Below are positions 39,610 through 54,939 of a DNA stretch of 64,000 bases, in pieces. Each line of letters starts with the position of its first letter. Positions within the stretch are counted from its first letter, which is position 1. The notes beneath the pieces are model-generated. The model was not told the DNA's origin. It did no database searches and was given only the letters and a program-made list of their open reading frames with translations. The stretch is taken from the NCBI GenBank assembly GCA_951406725.2, contig OX597817.1, positions 133,300,001 through 133,364,000 of the forward strand, given 5' to 3'. This DNA comes from Octopus vulgaris. Its lineage: Eukaryota. Position numbers and translations under genes: made by a program.

Positions 39610-41954
39610 ATGTATAGAAATATATACATATATAAAGACACACACACACACACATATATATATACACACATATATATATATATATTATACACGCACACAC
39701 ACACACACACACACACATACACACACACACAACACACACATTATACATACATATATCTAAACAGGTAGTCAGCTACTTATGTGTGTGAGAGAGAGAGAGT
39801 GTGGGTGGGTGTATAAATGAACAAATGAAAGAAAGTGACACTCAACACATTAGAAGGAAATACCATACACTTTTTAACAATCTGACTCAGTTCTATACGA
39901 CTTGAAGTTTCATGGGCTGGTAGGATGGTCCCATTACATCAGATATCTAAAAAATATGGGTCCATTGTATGAGCCTTCTTAAAGTCATATGGTACTGAGT
40001 CAAACTATTGTTAATACATAATCTAGTTACATATAGACATATAAATATACACAAGCACACACATATACATGCACACAGGTGTGTGTGTGTGTATATATAT
40101 GTGTGTGTGTGTGTGTATGTATATACATATTTATATGCATATACATATATGCAGAAAAATATATATACATATAAATGCATACACACACACATGCATATGC
40201 ATACATACATACGTCTATGGATACATGCTCACACTGGTTCACTTATGAAATGTACAGAAATATGCATACATACCCAAAGATATATGTGTGTTTCTAAGGT
40301 GTCTTATCAGTAATTTAATCATAGATTCCTTTTCCTTTTATTAATTTTTTCTTTAAATATTTTGTCTAACATATTAAGATGATTTTAATAATGATGTCCA
40401 CTAATAATATATCTTGCCCATATCGACCCACAATGAATCATACCATTCACAGTTACTGGCAGTGATTAAATCACTTACAAATTGTTTCAGCTTAGTCTGT
40501 TCATTATGAAAGTAAAAGAATAGAATGACTGTAATAATATGAACTGACACTGAATATTATATTCTTCTTTACAGCTACTCTTCTTTCTTTGACCATGATT
40601 AAAATGATTTCATGTTTGATTATATAGAATTTTCTTATTAACTGCAATAATGCTTTCTTTCTTTCTTCCGAAAAATAATTTACATTATCAGTGTGTTTAT
40701 ATAATATATAAATAATATTTCACTATTTCAAATATGAATTCCCAAAGATCTGCTTCTAAATTTCAAACTGCATCAAGTATTTTATTGAAAATACCAAACT
40801 GGTAATAATTAAAAATCATTGATACTTATATATATATATTCTTGAGTCATTGGAAAATAATAGAGCATAAGAACCTTCATAGCATGTGTTTCATTCTATT
40901 ATTTTATAATATTTCCAACTAAACAATTCACAACCCTTTAGCTTCAAAAGATATGAAATAACAGTTGAAATTATAAACTTTGAAAAGTATCAGAATATAC
41001 AAAACTATAACATGCAAATATTAATTTTTAGTTAGTTGGATATATTTTACTTTCTTTTTTTCTGGAATCAGTTGCTTGACTTTTGTGCAACATTGTTAAA
41101 AAAAAATTAAATTTAATATAATTTTAAATTAAAAGAAAAGATATTTGAATAAGTTAGTAAAATGTAAATTAAGTTGATTGATTTGTAATATGATAATTCT
41201 ATATCATTTGCAGGAACTTGGAGTGGGATTCAATCAAATTTAATTTCTAAAATTTAATTTTCCTTTTAAAGTTTGGAAGGATAACTTCTATCTTTTGCAT
41301 AATGAAGATTTTCCAAGAAAGATAAATCAAAGATATTTTCCCTCTCAGAATAATTGCATAAGTGCTGGGGTATCACGTCAAACCCATTTATAAATGAGTT
41401 CACTATACTTTTCATATATTTATATGAAAGATTTTCATTAATCATGAGAAGACCATATATACAAATAGATTTATATAGGAACGCACACACATAATCCACA
41501 CAGACATACACGCAATCATACACACAGAGTTCTCACATATATACACACATATGTATGTAGATAAATATTGATAAGTGACTAGTACATGAACACAGATATG
41601 CATTATTGTGTATGTATGCAGATGCACATATGCACAAACACAGATACACACACACCCATTTACATACATGTACACATATATAAATATATATATATATTGT
41701 ATATGTGTGTATACATACATACATATATATACATATATATATTTATATCATTGGACACACACACAAATATATATAATTGTATATCAGTATGACTGTATAT
41801 ATAATTCTATAAATACATATTTCTATATAGAATTATGCAATCATATAGACATATATCTTCATGTGTATATATATGATTTTAATCTACATGTATGTACATC
41901 ACTAAGTATATATATATATATGTACTTATATATATATATATATATAAATACATG

Positions 41955-41998
<44 letters not shown>

Positions 41999-42032
41999 AA
42001 CGTATATATTCACATATACATATGTATGTATG

Positions 42033-42078
<46 letters not shown>

Positions 42079-42487
42079 AACATACACATATTCACACACA
42101 ATAACATAGCAACATATATACATATTAATATATCGATATGTATATTAACATTAGCAAAGAAAATTAAACAAGATAAAAAAATAATCAACGTTCTCATTAT
42201 TACTATCATTATTATTATTGTTTTTAAATACAAAAAAATATTTTTTGTTAAATATTATCATTTCAACATCAAAAATGTTAAATAACAAAGAAGCCTTTAT
42301 TAGAAAAAAGATAAAGGGGAATATCGAAAAGCTTTGTGAAAGCTTTAAATATTTTACTCATTTTTTTTTCTGTTTTGCAGGGAGAAATAGCAAATACTAA
42401 ATAAATCACCAGGAATATTTTTCACTTAGGCACACACACCCTGGCACATGTACACACACACATACATGCACACAAATACCCACACTT

Positions 42488-42519
<32 letters not shown>

Positions 42520-42864
42520 CTCATACACAAACACATATTTAATTAGTTAGAGTGGTTTTCAAAAATTTCTTGTTATAAATTTAATGGAAATCAATTTAAT
42601 TTTATTTTTTAAGTTTAAAAATTTTTTTCCCAATTTGTTTTCCTTATTGAAAATAACACTGTGGAAAAATAAGAAGTAACAAGCAGTTGTTTAAATAGAA
42701 AAGCAGAAGTTAAAAAAGATTAGTAAGCAGTTTAACAACAATCCGAAAAGGATGTGTATGTGTATGTTATGTCTTTTGTACTTATGGTCATATATGCATG
42801 CATTAGTGGTTATAACTAAATATATATGTACATAAATACATAATTATATACATATATATATATC

Positions 42865-42914
<50 letters not shown>

Positions 42915-43626
42915 TCATATATATACATGTGTCTCTATCTATATGCTTGTATGTATATATATATATATATATACTTATATATATATGTATATATATAAAA
43001 ATATGTATATGCATATATATGTATGTAAATATACATACATATACATATACACACACGCACATATATATTATATATATATATGTATATATATATATCATAA
43101 ACATAACTAAATTCACATATTTCTTTGTATACAAGTATACATGTTCCATAAGAATTAATAATTGTATACTTCATATATATATTTATATATATATATGTAT
43201 GTAGAAACACACACAAACATATACATATACACACATAACTAGCATCACATAGGTATATCTAAAGAGACAACCAGATATTCAGACACAGAGACAGATATGT
43301 AAAAAAATTAAAGAATTCAGAATATATGCACATTAATGATTTATCATATTCTTATAATGTAATATTTTTAAGTTGTAATAACCATATGAAGTTTTTGATA
43401 TGATTTTAATGTGGATATACAGGCATCTTTATAATAATGTGTGCATTTTTTAGTCAGTGACTATGAGTATATTTAAGTGTTGCAGTATATATATATATTC
43501 AATAGAAATATGCATGTCAGTGAGTGTCTGTGAATGTCATTTCACACAAATATGTCTAATGAAATAAATTACAAAAAGTAAAGAGGTTAATTAATGTGTA
43601 GAAAATTACTGTTTCATCTCCTACAG

Positions 43627-43868
43627 TTAGAAGCTACTCTGTTCATCTTCAGCATAGCACCATGTCTTTCTTTAAATATAAGATCAAACTGGCTAGTAAG
43701 GTTACAAGCTACTCTGTTTAACTTCAGTATAGCACCATATCTTACTTTAAAACATAAAATTAAAATGGCTTATAACATTAGAAGCTACTCTATTTATCTT
43801 TAGCATAGCACCAACATGTCTTAAGCTCAAGATTAAACTGGCTTGTAATGCTAGAAGCTGCTCTGTTA
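43627..43868. repeat. Degenerate minisatellite, unit about 75 bp, about 3.2 copies
   Basis: AAGCTACTCT recurs at 43631, 43706, 43782 and 43855 (last copy AAGCTGCTCT); ATAGCACCA follows the first three. Confidence 0.85.
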
Positions 43869-43963
43869 AAATCCTAATCTTTATAAGTTGCTAAAGTTTC
43901 TAAAGGAATTTATATGAATGTATATGCAGAAATCTGAAAATTTAACAAGATGCATGTACGTGT

Positions 43964-44013
<50 letters not shown>

Positions 44014-44408
44014 GTGTGTGTATGTGTGTGTATGGATAGATAGATATAGATACATACACACAGATAATGTAACTTGAATTTCAGACTAAAGTAGGCTACT
44101 AACAGATTTGTGCTGTAAAGGCACTTTATGAGGCCCAGATTTGATGGGGACTGACAAATAGTCTTTACACCTAGAAACAATGAGTAGTCTAAATAATGTC
44201 TTGTAATTCATGTTACTTTCTTTCTATATAGATTACTATACACTTTTATGCTAAGCATGAAATATAGCTTTTGATTTCAGATTTCATTTAATCAAATTAT
44301 ATGCATGTGTATATGTGTGTGTATGTACATACATAATGTATGTATGTATATATATAAATATGTATATATACATATATATACATATATATATCTTTCCACT
44401 TCAACAAA

Positions 44409-44447
<39 letters not shown>

Positions 44448-46379
44448 ACGCTAAATGATTATGGATTAAACATTTTTCCACTCTCAGACTTATCTTTGAG
44501 TACTTTATTGGAAGTAGCCAGATATAGCTTCTTTTTGAACTTGTCACTCCATGGAATAACACACACATACACATACACATATATATAAAACTAAGTTTGT
44601 AGATTTCTGCATATATATTTAAGGATATATTTTTGCATGATTTATCTCATGTTTTTGAAATTATAATGTTATAATATGGTAATAGAGTACTTAACTTTTT
44701 ATCTTGCATTCCATAATTGAATATTTTTGATAACTTCAAATTATATAAATATAAATGTAGAAATTAAATTTAGCTACACACACACATACACATACATGCA
44801 CGCATGTGTGTGCGTGTGTGAGTGTGTGTGTGGTGGGGGTGAGTCGTTTGAAAGCAGAAGCAACAGAGCAGAGGAGAGTTCCAGCTAGATCTTGTCTGCA
44901 TGTCTCCAATGGCCAAGTGGCTCAAATATGACAGTAGAGGAACACCTAGGAATCATGATTTGGATGTGGCCCAGCTCCTTAGAGTGTAAGAAGTTATGGG
45001 CTGAAGCACTTGCCTGAGGAGTTTCTTCTCTGAAGACCTTCTGTCTTTTAGCTCTCTCTAGAGTTTCTTACCAAAATAACCATATGTGTATTTATGAATA
45101 TCAATATAGACATATTTGCATTCATATATAGGAATACACATAGACTCACATTCCATATTTGCCACCTCACACACATACACATCATAACTGTTATATCTAT
45201 GCTTTTTTTTTGCATTTTGTTTCATTGCACAATTATATATTGAAAAATACTTAAAATACCAACATCGCTAATATCCAAAAATAAGTTGTACAGATGAAAG
45301 CCTTATTAACAAGTAAGGAGAAAAATTAAGAAAAATCTAATTTTTCAATCTTATTTTCTACAATAAATTCTTAATGAATATTTTGTAATATATGTGTGCA
45401 TATACAAGAGAGTATGTATGTTTGTAACATAAAATATATATACACATATCTATTCAATTAAACAGAAACACTCACATAATTATACACACATATACACATA
45501 TGCGTGCACATATGTGAGTGCAATTGTATATCAATTTGTACTTGAAAACTATGGGTAAATACATTTGTAAAAACAGACATTATATTCATTATATTCATTA
45601 AGTTTTATATTTCAGAATTTAGAATTTAAAAAAATTTATTTAGTAGTTATTTTTATTGATTAGTTTCATATTTTGATTAAAATAAGTAGGGCCTCACATA
45701 TATATTACTTTTCTTGCTTTGTTCCATATATTTTTGTTTAGGTCACTTCCTAGAAGATTATTAGCTAAAATCACTTAAAGATCATTACTACCAAATTTTA
45801 AAGATTTTAAAGTATTTCTTTCTGTTATTCTGATGAATGTCACAGTAATTATCTCTTAACTCATTCAAATACCCTTATTCAAATATTTATTAACTCTCAT
45901 TGTACATTTTGTTATTTTGGCAATTCTGTTTAAAGTTTATTCACAGACATATAAACAAGCAAACATATGAGTGTTAGGACCTATGCATGTGTAGCCTATA
46001 TGTGTGTTTAAAGGCATATACAGATGTAAACATGTATATGCATAACATATATATAAATGTAAATTTGAAAGGAAGTTTACTCAGGAATTCAGTCATACAT
46101 TTTTAAAATTAAACTAGATTATATCAAGACAGCATCACAGACACTAATAAATATCACAGTAAACAAAATATATGACTTCACATACATGCATACACACATG
46201 CACATACATATATATATATGTTACTATGTATATATATATATATATGTACGCACGTATTATCCTAATCATCATTTCATGCTCACTTCTCTTGCTAGCTTAT
46301 GTTAGACACATCACCATGATTTGAATCAGCTCTTATTTGGATTTACTGCTGTACTAGACATGTTGGAGGACTACATCTA

Positions 46380-46446
<67 letters not shown>

Positions 46447-46496
46447 CATATATGTATATATATCCTAATCATACAAACTTGGATATATATCTATAC

Positions 46497-46604
<108 letters not shown>

Positions 46605-46624
46605 TTACATATATATATATTATC

Positions 46625-46905
46625 CAAAGTACAATGTTATTTATATATCATAGCTGATTTTACTAATCTCAGTTTTGTGTCACGGATTTGACAGAGTGTC
46701 AGGTAACAATCCGAAATGTAAACCTGCACTCATCAGAGGTAGCTGATAAGGAATGAAACATGTTGCCATCATTCATTCCGTGTCAGCTACCTCTGATGAG
46801 CACAGGGTTACAGAATTGGATTGTTACCTAACACTCCGTCAAATGCCTGGCTCAAAACTAATTGACATGATCAGCTGTGATGGACCTATAATACTGTACA
46901 CTTTG
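46625..46905. repeat. About 280-bp imperfect foldback
   Basis: CTCATCAGAGGTAGCTGA / TCAGCTACCTCTGATGAG inner stem; GTAACAATCC / GGATTGTTAC; outer ATCATAGCTGAT / ATCAGCTGTGAT. Confidence 0.85.
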
Positions 46906-47300
46906 CATAATATACCCACTCTATTGATAGATATATGAGTGCATTTTTTCCTGACTTAAGGACTCTTAGATGACTTATACATACACACATACACGTGTGT
47001 GTACACAAAAATAACAAATATACATACAAACATACATAAAAATACACACATATATATATACATATACATTTTAACACATGTATATTATTTAAAGCAGCTT
47101 TGCTTTTGTACAAGCTATTTAGTTTCTTTATGAATGTGTACTCACAAAGATACACATATATGCACATGCAGTTGTATGTGTGTGTGTGTGAATAAGTTTA
47201 TTTCCATCACTCTGTATATGAATATGTTTACAATTTAAATGTCTACATATATGCACACATATACATATGTGCATATATATATATATATATTACAAATGTG

Positions 47301-47376
<76 letters not shown>

Positions 47377-47384
47377 CATACATG

Positions 47385-47459
<75 letters not shown>

Positions 47460-49254
47460 GATACAATGTATACAAAGAATATATGAACAATCAACTAAAT
47501 ATGCTAGTTCAATATTACTTACTACTTCAGTAATCTTCAGATCTATAATTTTCCCCTATTTTCAAAGAACTTGATGTTTCTACAATTCTGAGAACATCTT
47601 TCCCTGGGAATTTTTAATAAAATATTTTTTTCTTTATTTTCAATGACAAATTGTATTATATTAGACAAGAAAACAAGCAATCATCTATGTCAAACATGTA
47701 CAATACATACCAATAAATAGTTTAGTATACACTCACTCATATACACACTTAAATATGCATTGTTGGCACATAATCTCTATACCTTCCTTACAATACATTC
47801 ATTCCATTTTTCTTGTTCATGTATTACTTAGGAAAAATTTCTTCTTAATTTATATAATTTTGTATGATCTTCCCAATAAGTAACAATGAACACCTCAGAA
47901 CTTTCATCACAGTATTCTATTCTTTAAAGTATCTCATTGTATGTCCAACATCTTCAAACAGAAGATTCTTTACCAAGATCTTTTATTATTTTTAACAAAA
48001 CAATGACTGTAATGTTTAGTTATGCTCACTTTTTATATTTTCATTTTCAATTTATCTTCTGTTTGTTTCATTACTGAGAGATTTTTCTGGGTCATGTTAA
48101 TAGCATAGCATCTGCAGATGCATTATCATATATTGGTACATGTTTTGCAGTTCGAGTTTCAAAACATATTCACTAAATGTCTGTGAAGAAGCATTTTATT
48201 CTTAGTATGCAGATCAGCATTTGCCGAAATTTCTAAGTTCTTTTAACTTGCTGCTGCAGCAGCTAAAATTTAAAGGGTTAATATCCAAGACATCAACTCA
48301 TTTTATAACTTTTATTTTCATTTTTAGTTGTATAAGCACATTTTTATTTAGCTTCAAATCATTTACGATAAGCTTATTTCAGTTTTAATCAATATACACC
48401 AAATAATAATGGTGAGCTGCTTTTAATTCTAATGCCACACAACCTCTCTTTATGTCTTACATATATTCCTTCTCTCTCTCTCACTCTCCCTGTCTCTTTC
48501 CCTTTCAAATCAATTATAAAGATTACAGTGTAGTAAAACTTGTACCCTTAAAATTGTACCAATCTTGAATCTTTTTCTGAATTCTTGTATCTTGATTTCC
48601 ATTTTACACATTTCTTCTTCCTTCAGACTGTGTTTCTTGACTCAATGGTCTTTCATTTATAGAGGCAAAGAGACAAATATTTAGACATCTTTACATCCTA
48701 GCAACTGTTTCTCACAAATATTCCTTAACTAAGGTCTCATTGTCTCTTTCTATACATATATTAACATAGATATATGTATCAATCTTTGTTTCATTCAAAT
48801 ACACGCTGACACATGCAGGCACACATAAACTAACGCTCAAATACACATACACACAAAACAAGACTACATGAATATGAAAAGGGAAACGATATTTTTCAAA
48901 ATCATTTCTCATTATTTCTCCCCAATTTTAATTAGTACACTCTATCCTCTTGTATTATCTTCTATGAAACAGTGAAGAAGAATCATATATTTCAGTAAAA
49001 TTTAAACAGAAAATACTTCAGTTGACATGCAAGTTTATATTCAAAGTTATACATTAATACAAGTTTAAGAAAATACTCAGTCTCTCAAACATATTTAAAA
49101 ATATTTAAAGACAAATAAAACAAATGCAGATGTAAATCCACAAATACGAAAGTACAGTTACACTGTATACCCACGTACATATGACAGTACATGCATATAT
49201 ATATATACACACAAATATATCTATATATATATACACACACATATATATACCCAC

Positions 49255-49291
<37 letters not shown>

Positions 49292-50049
49292 CACATGTGT
49301 ATGTATATATATATTACATTTTGTATGTAAGGATATACATATATATGCATATAAATATATAAATACATACCTATGCATATATATATTTATATACATTTAT
49401 GTGAATATATATGCTTGACTAAATGTTTATATATATACATGTACATATCAATGTGAGGTATACATATGTGTATGTGTGTGTGTGTGTATATAATATACAT
49501 GTAAACATATACATGTATACATAAATGCATATCTATATACATTTATAGATACATATATATTTACATGTATACATATACATGTGTATGTGTATGTGTGGGT
49601 GTGTATATTCATACATACATTTTGTAAATTATTAATATGTGTGAATATATAAGTATATATATAAAGTAACCACATGTACATATTTAAGTGAATGACATTT
49701 ATATATGCATACATATATACACACATATGTATATACATTCATAAGACTTAATGTCACATATTTCACATGTATGCATATATCATGAATACACACACACATG
49801 CACATGCACACACACAGGCTCTCTCTCTCTCTCTCACACACACACAAACACATATATGACTAACATATAAAAATTATATATATTCATATATTTATATGTA
49901 TATATGTCCTTTATATGTAATATAAGTATGTTGTGTAAACATATTCATACATATATATTTATGAAAAATATAAACCTGTACATGCACTTACATATGCAAG
50001 CATGTATATTAACAGTATCTGTATATATATATGATTTTATATGTGTATT

Positions 50050-50082
<33 letters not shown>

Positions 50083-50223
50083 TTCTTATACATAGTAATA
50101 TATATATATGCATACATTAATAATTGTTATATATGCCTGCACACATATAGAGACACATACACACATATACAGGCCACACACACACATATATATAGAGAGT
50201 GTGACATAAGTGCATGTGTGAGC

Positions 50224-50261
<38 letters not shown>

Positions 50262-50372
50262 ATGTGCATACATATATTTATATATGTACACACACACAGA
50301 CACATATAGATATATATGTGTGTGTATATATATATGTATATATATATTTATATATATGAGTATATATGAGTA

Positions 50373-50414
<42 letters not shown>

Positions 50415-50851
50415 CAAACATATATGTATACAGACCATCACACACAAAACATATATGTACATGATCTATACAATCATACATTCTGATATGCACATACACA
50501 GAGGTATATATTTAATGCCTGTGCATTTTTGAAGAGATATTCCTTAATATACTTTGCATTAAACTGTTTGGTGCAATTTCAAGGGATATCACAAATTTGG
50601 GTATATACATATACACACACACACATGTATATTCAAATGTGTACAGATGCGATATATATACACATGTTTCATATGTGTTTGTATATGAATGCTTTAATGC
50701 ATCAGTGATTGTGTATATATATCTCTATGTAGATATTTGTGTATATATATATGTGTGTATTTGTGTATGCATATATATACATATATATATATATATATAA
50801 ACATACATACATATATACATACATATATATATATATACATATATATATATA

Positions 50852-50902
<51 letters not shown>

Positions 50903-51413
50903 GTATATTCAAATATATATTTATACATATACATATATGCACACATAAGTGCATATATATTTGTGGGACTAAACACATTTATTACTTAATAAGAATTTGA
51001 TTCAGCTCCAGGCAACTTAATGTTTTGTAGGTACATCAAACAAATCTAACTTGTCAGGTTGAGCCTACAAAACTTTAAGTTGCATGAAGCCAAATCAAAC
51101 TTTACTAAATAATACACACACACACATTTTTACATAAATATATATATATAAATGCATGTATATATAACTATATATATATATAAATGCATGTATGCATGTA
51201 TATATATGTATGCATTTATGTATGCTTATATATATATACATATATATGCATACATATATACACATATATATACATATATATATATATACATTCATATACA
51301 TATATATATCTACATACATATATATATTCACACACACACAAATATATATATATATACTTACACATATGCTCACATACCACACTCACACATATCTGTTTGC
51401 GTATTTGTGTATG

Positions 51414-51449
<36 letters not shown>

Positions 51450-51555
51450 AACAAACTCATATATACATAAGTATATATTTTTATATTCATTGATGTATAT
51501 ATGTATATATATATGCATATATATATGTATATATATGTATATATATATATGTATG

Positions 51556-51605
<50 letters not shown>

Positions 51606-52310
51606 TATATACATGCTTATATATTTTTTCTGGTATATCCAGAGCCTCATAGCTAACAAATCAACAGTCTCCAACTTTAAAGCATAAATTTGTTTCAAAA
51701 TTTTCTTCGTGTTTTCCCTTCCTTTCTTTCTCCTTTTTCTTCTTGTGAATTTAGTGAAAATAAATAAATAAATAAATTGACAAGAATCCATTCTTAAAAT
51801 TCCAACACAGAGAGTAATTATTCTGTTATACATACAATGTTTGTCATTTTTTTTTTCTTTTTAAGGGAGGGAACCCTGCACACCTCGATCACAAGGCTTA
51901 CTTCAATACTTAATTCTGTAACAAATCGGTGTTGCCAATCAAGTGGCACTGACACAGACTGCATTGAAGAATGAACTTACTATTCTTTTCATGTTGCAGG
52001 ATGAAGTGATAGACAAGCTGAAAAGAAATCAATTCAACTCCCTTGGTGATTTTTGAAGTTCTGCCAATTCCTTCAAGAGAATCCTCAACAACACATATTT
52101 CTCCATTCAGTTCAAATGTAATTTGAAGAGTACACCAATTTTGGTATATCTCCTTTTCCCCCACCATGAAAATCTTTTAAAGTGTAAGAACTCTTTTGGT
52201 TTAGATTTCAGTGTTAGTTGAATTTTTAATTTTAATTTGTTTACTTATGTTTTAGTCTGTTTTTTGTTTTTAAACTTTCTCTAGCTTTTAGATATACTTT
52301 TTCCTTACTC

Positions 52311-52592
52311 TTACAAGGTTGATATTTTCACAATGTTAGGGTTCTGAGCTTCTAACTGTGGGGACATTGTCCCGCCACTAGTGTTATGAGTTCGTAGAGA
52401 CTCAGCTTCAGAGGTAGTGCTGGATGTTGGAAGGGTAACAATAGCTGTTGTTACAGTTACTGTATTATTTGATTTACTGTTGGTACTGCCAATAGCATTG
52501 AGGCTGGACCTAGATGTCCGATTAATAGTGGGCAGGCGGATCTGGACATCGTTCAGCTCTTCCTGCTCCGACTCGTGTCCTGATGATCTTGT
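52311..52592 (-). CDS. Shal: Last coding exon of a Shal/Kv4 (KCND) voltage-gated A-type potassium channel
   Basis: Acceptor TTTTACTTTGTTTATTTTGCAG|ACA (phase 0), 93 aa plus TAA. The peptide EELNDVQIR..SRSSLNA..VTTAIVTLPT..NIVKISTL* aligns by eye with the vertebrate Kv4.2 C-terminus (QELSTIQIR..SRSSLNA..VTTAIISIPT..NIVRVSAL), including the class I PDZ ligand. Confidence 0.9.
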   Translation of the reverse strand, partial: TRSSGHESEQEELNDVQIRLPTINRTSRSSLNAIGSTNSKSNNTVTVTTAIVTLPTSSTTSEAESLRTHNTSGGTMSPQLEAQNPNIVKISTL

Positions 52593-54320
52593 CTGCAAAA
52601 TAAACAAAAGTAAAATTATTGAAAATTTAAGTTTTTTCATTTGATTTTCTATTTACAAAGTAATTTAAGGTTAATAATATAAAAAAAACATGTTATTCTC
52701 CTTTTTATATTTCCCTTGTGGAGGAGTTTGATTACCACATTTTATTCATCTTTTTCAGTCTTTCAACAAGAAAGCATCTGGGGAAGAAAAGCCCTAAATA
52801 TTTACTGAACTATGGGATAATGAAACCATCTGAGACTATATTCAATATTAGCAACAGATCAATTCAACTTACCATATTTGTTTTTATAAGTTTTCTAAAA
52901 CATTGATAAAAAAAAGACTGCTCTCAAACATAAAACAGATCAATCTCCATGTCAGTTGTAATTAAATTCTTAAGCAGCTTATAATAATATGTTCAAAAAT
53001 ATATAGTCAAAAAACAAAGCAAAAAAACAAACAAACATAAAACTTAAAATGATTTCACTAAGTATTATGTCAACCATAACTTTGAATATTTTGTGCTGTA
53101 AACATTCATAGCTACTTTAGGACTAGAATCTTTATTATTCATATAAAATACATCTTATAATTTTTATAAAAGTGAATGACCAGAAAATATCAGAGATATT
53201 TAAATTAATTTTTAAACCCATAATATACTTTGTTGACAATTGTGACTAGCATTTTGATTTTAGAATATATTTATACACATTTACATTTTTGTATTTGGTC
53301 GGAACCAATTTGTCTCTGTCTCCTTAGGAAGGTTTTCCATTTTCAACTTCTCACCGTTTCTTTTCCCAAGAAGAAATGATTAGCAGTTTCATTCAGTTGA
53401 GGAGCTGATGCTTTACATCAGCAATAATTTGGATAAATTATAACCAATAATAATCATCATAGCAGACATATATAAATAAATCTTCTATATAAGAAAGTAT
53501 TTCATATGACCTGTGATGTTTTATATAATGTCCATATATTAATAGTTAATGTACAGAAAATTTTTTAAATAATAATTTCCTTTGTGTTTTAAAATATAAT
53601 GGACAAACTTTATATTAGCCATACATACTATAAAATTAACACTGTCATCCAACACTATACAAGATACATAAAGAAGTGTCATTTACTATATTAGATATAT
53701 TGTTTGGTAACCATTCATTACAAAGACTGTCTGTTATCATTGTGTAGTTTTTATATATCAACAGAAATGATTAACCATTGAAGGGTATTGAAGATCATTA
53801 AAGGTTGCATAATTAGTGCATAAGTAAATATTTTTACATGTTCTTAAACCATGTTATGATTAATGAAGTTGAGCATTATTGAAAGAAATGGTATCTCACT
53901 GAGATAATTATTCACAAGAACACCATCATCATTTAATTTTAACATCTACTTTTCCATGCCTTCAGAAATTAGTTCAGCCTATGTTAGGTCAGAGTTTTCT
54001 TCAACAGAATACCCTTTTTGCTGCCTACCTCAACACTTTCGAAGCAAAGTTATAACTTCTCAGTCTTTTGAACAGCTAAAGCCCAGACATGGTTATGAGG
54101 AGGACTAGTAACAAATGACACTGTCTAAATATGCACTTTGTTGACAAAGATCATGAAACACGTCAAGATATCAAGAAGCCTGAACATGCTTTCATGGTAA
54201 ATTGCAAGTAAAGAACACCATCAGTATGAACACTGGGGCTTTTATTTATAATCAACAAACAAACAAGATGAGAAGTACAAACTTCACTCATACAAAATAT
54301 ACCCTTGCATGCCATTATAT

Positions 54321-54372
<52 letters not shown>

Positions 54373-54884
54373 GTGTGTGTGCACATGTGAAAGAAAGAGA
54401 CAGACTTCTTCAGTTCCCATCAAGGAAGTTCACTCACAAGGTATTTGTTTACCCCAGGTTATAGTATAGAATACCAGCCAACAATGTATATGCAATGGAA
54501 CTGAACCCTTAAACTCAAGGTTATTAACTACACAACCATACCTGCACCTATAAATTTTGATAAACACATTAATCCAGAAACTGAATAAGAAATGTAATAG
54601 AAGAGTAACTTGAAGAAAGTCAGGTGATTGACACACAGTTCTGTATTTTAAATCTAAAAAGGCTTTTATCATCTTTCATTTTTTTCTATAATTTTAATCA
54701 CCTGCTTAATGAGACAATCAATGATCAAGACCTAAGCCTTGGATACTGAGGATTGTCTTCAAGTGCTTGATTGTTTCCTCATATACTGACATCCAACTTG
54801 GCTAAAGCAGGATTATTTAAAACTATCCAGTCCATGCCAGCATGGAGGGTGGATGTTAAAAGATTATGATGATGATAATGATGA

Positions 54885-54927
<43 letters not shown>

Positions 54928-54939
54928 TACATATACATA

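Noticed and set aside
43627-43868. CRISPR-like repeat periodicity
   Set aside because: Eukaryotic context, whole units are homologous (no unique spacers), and no cas genes.
51910-52167. 85-aa minus-strand ORF downstream of the Shal stop
   Set aside because: No recognisable motif and no pyrimidine-rich acceptor; most likely 3' UTR.
52593-52640. Signal-peptide-like start MKKLKFSIILLLFILQ of ORF 52311-52640
   Set aside because: It is the translated polypyrimidine tract and acceptor of the Shal intron; the Kv4-like sequence begins after the CAG.
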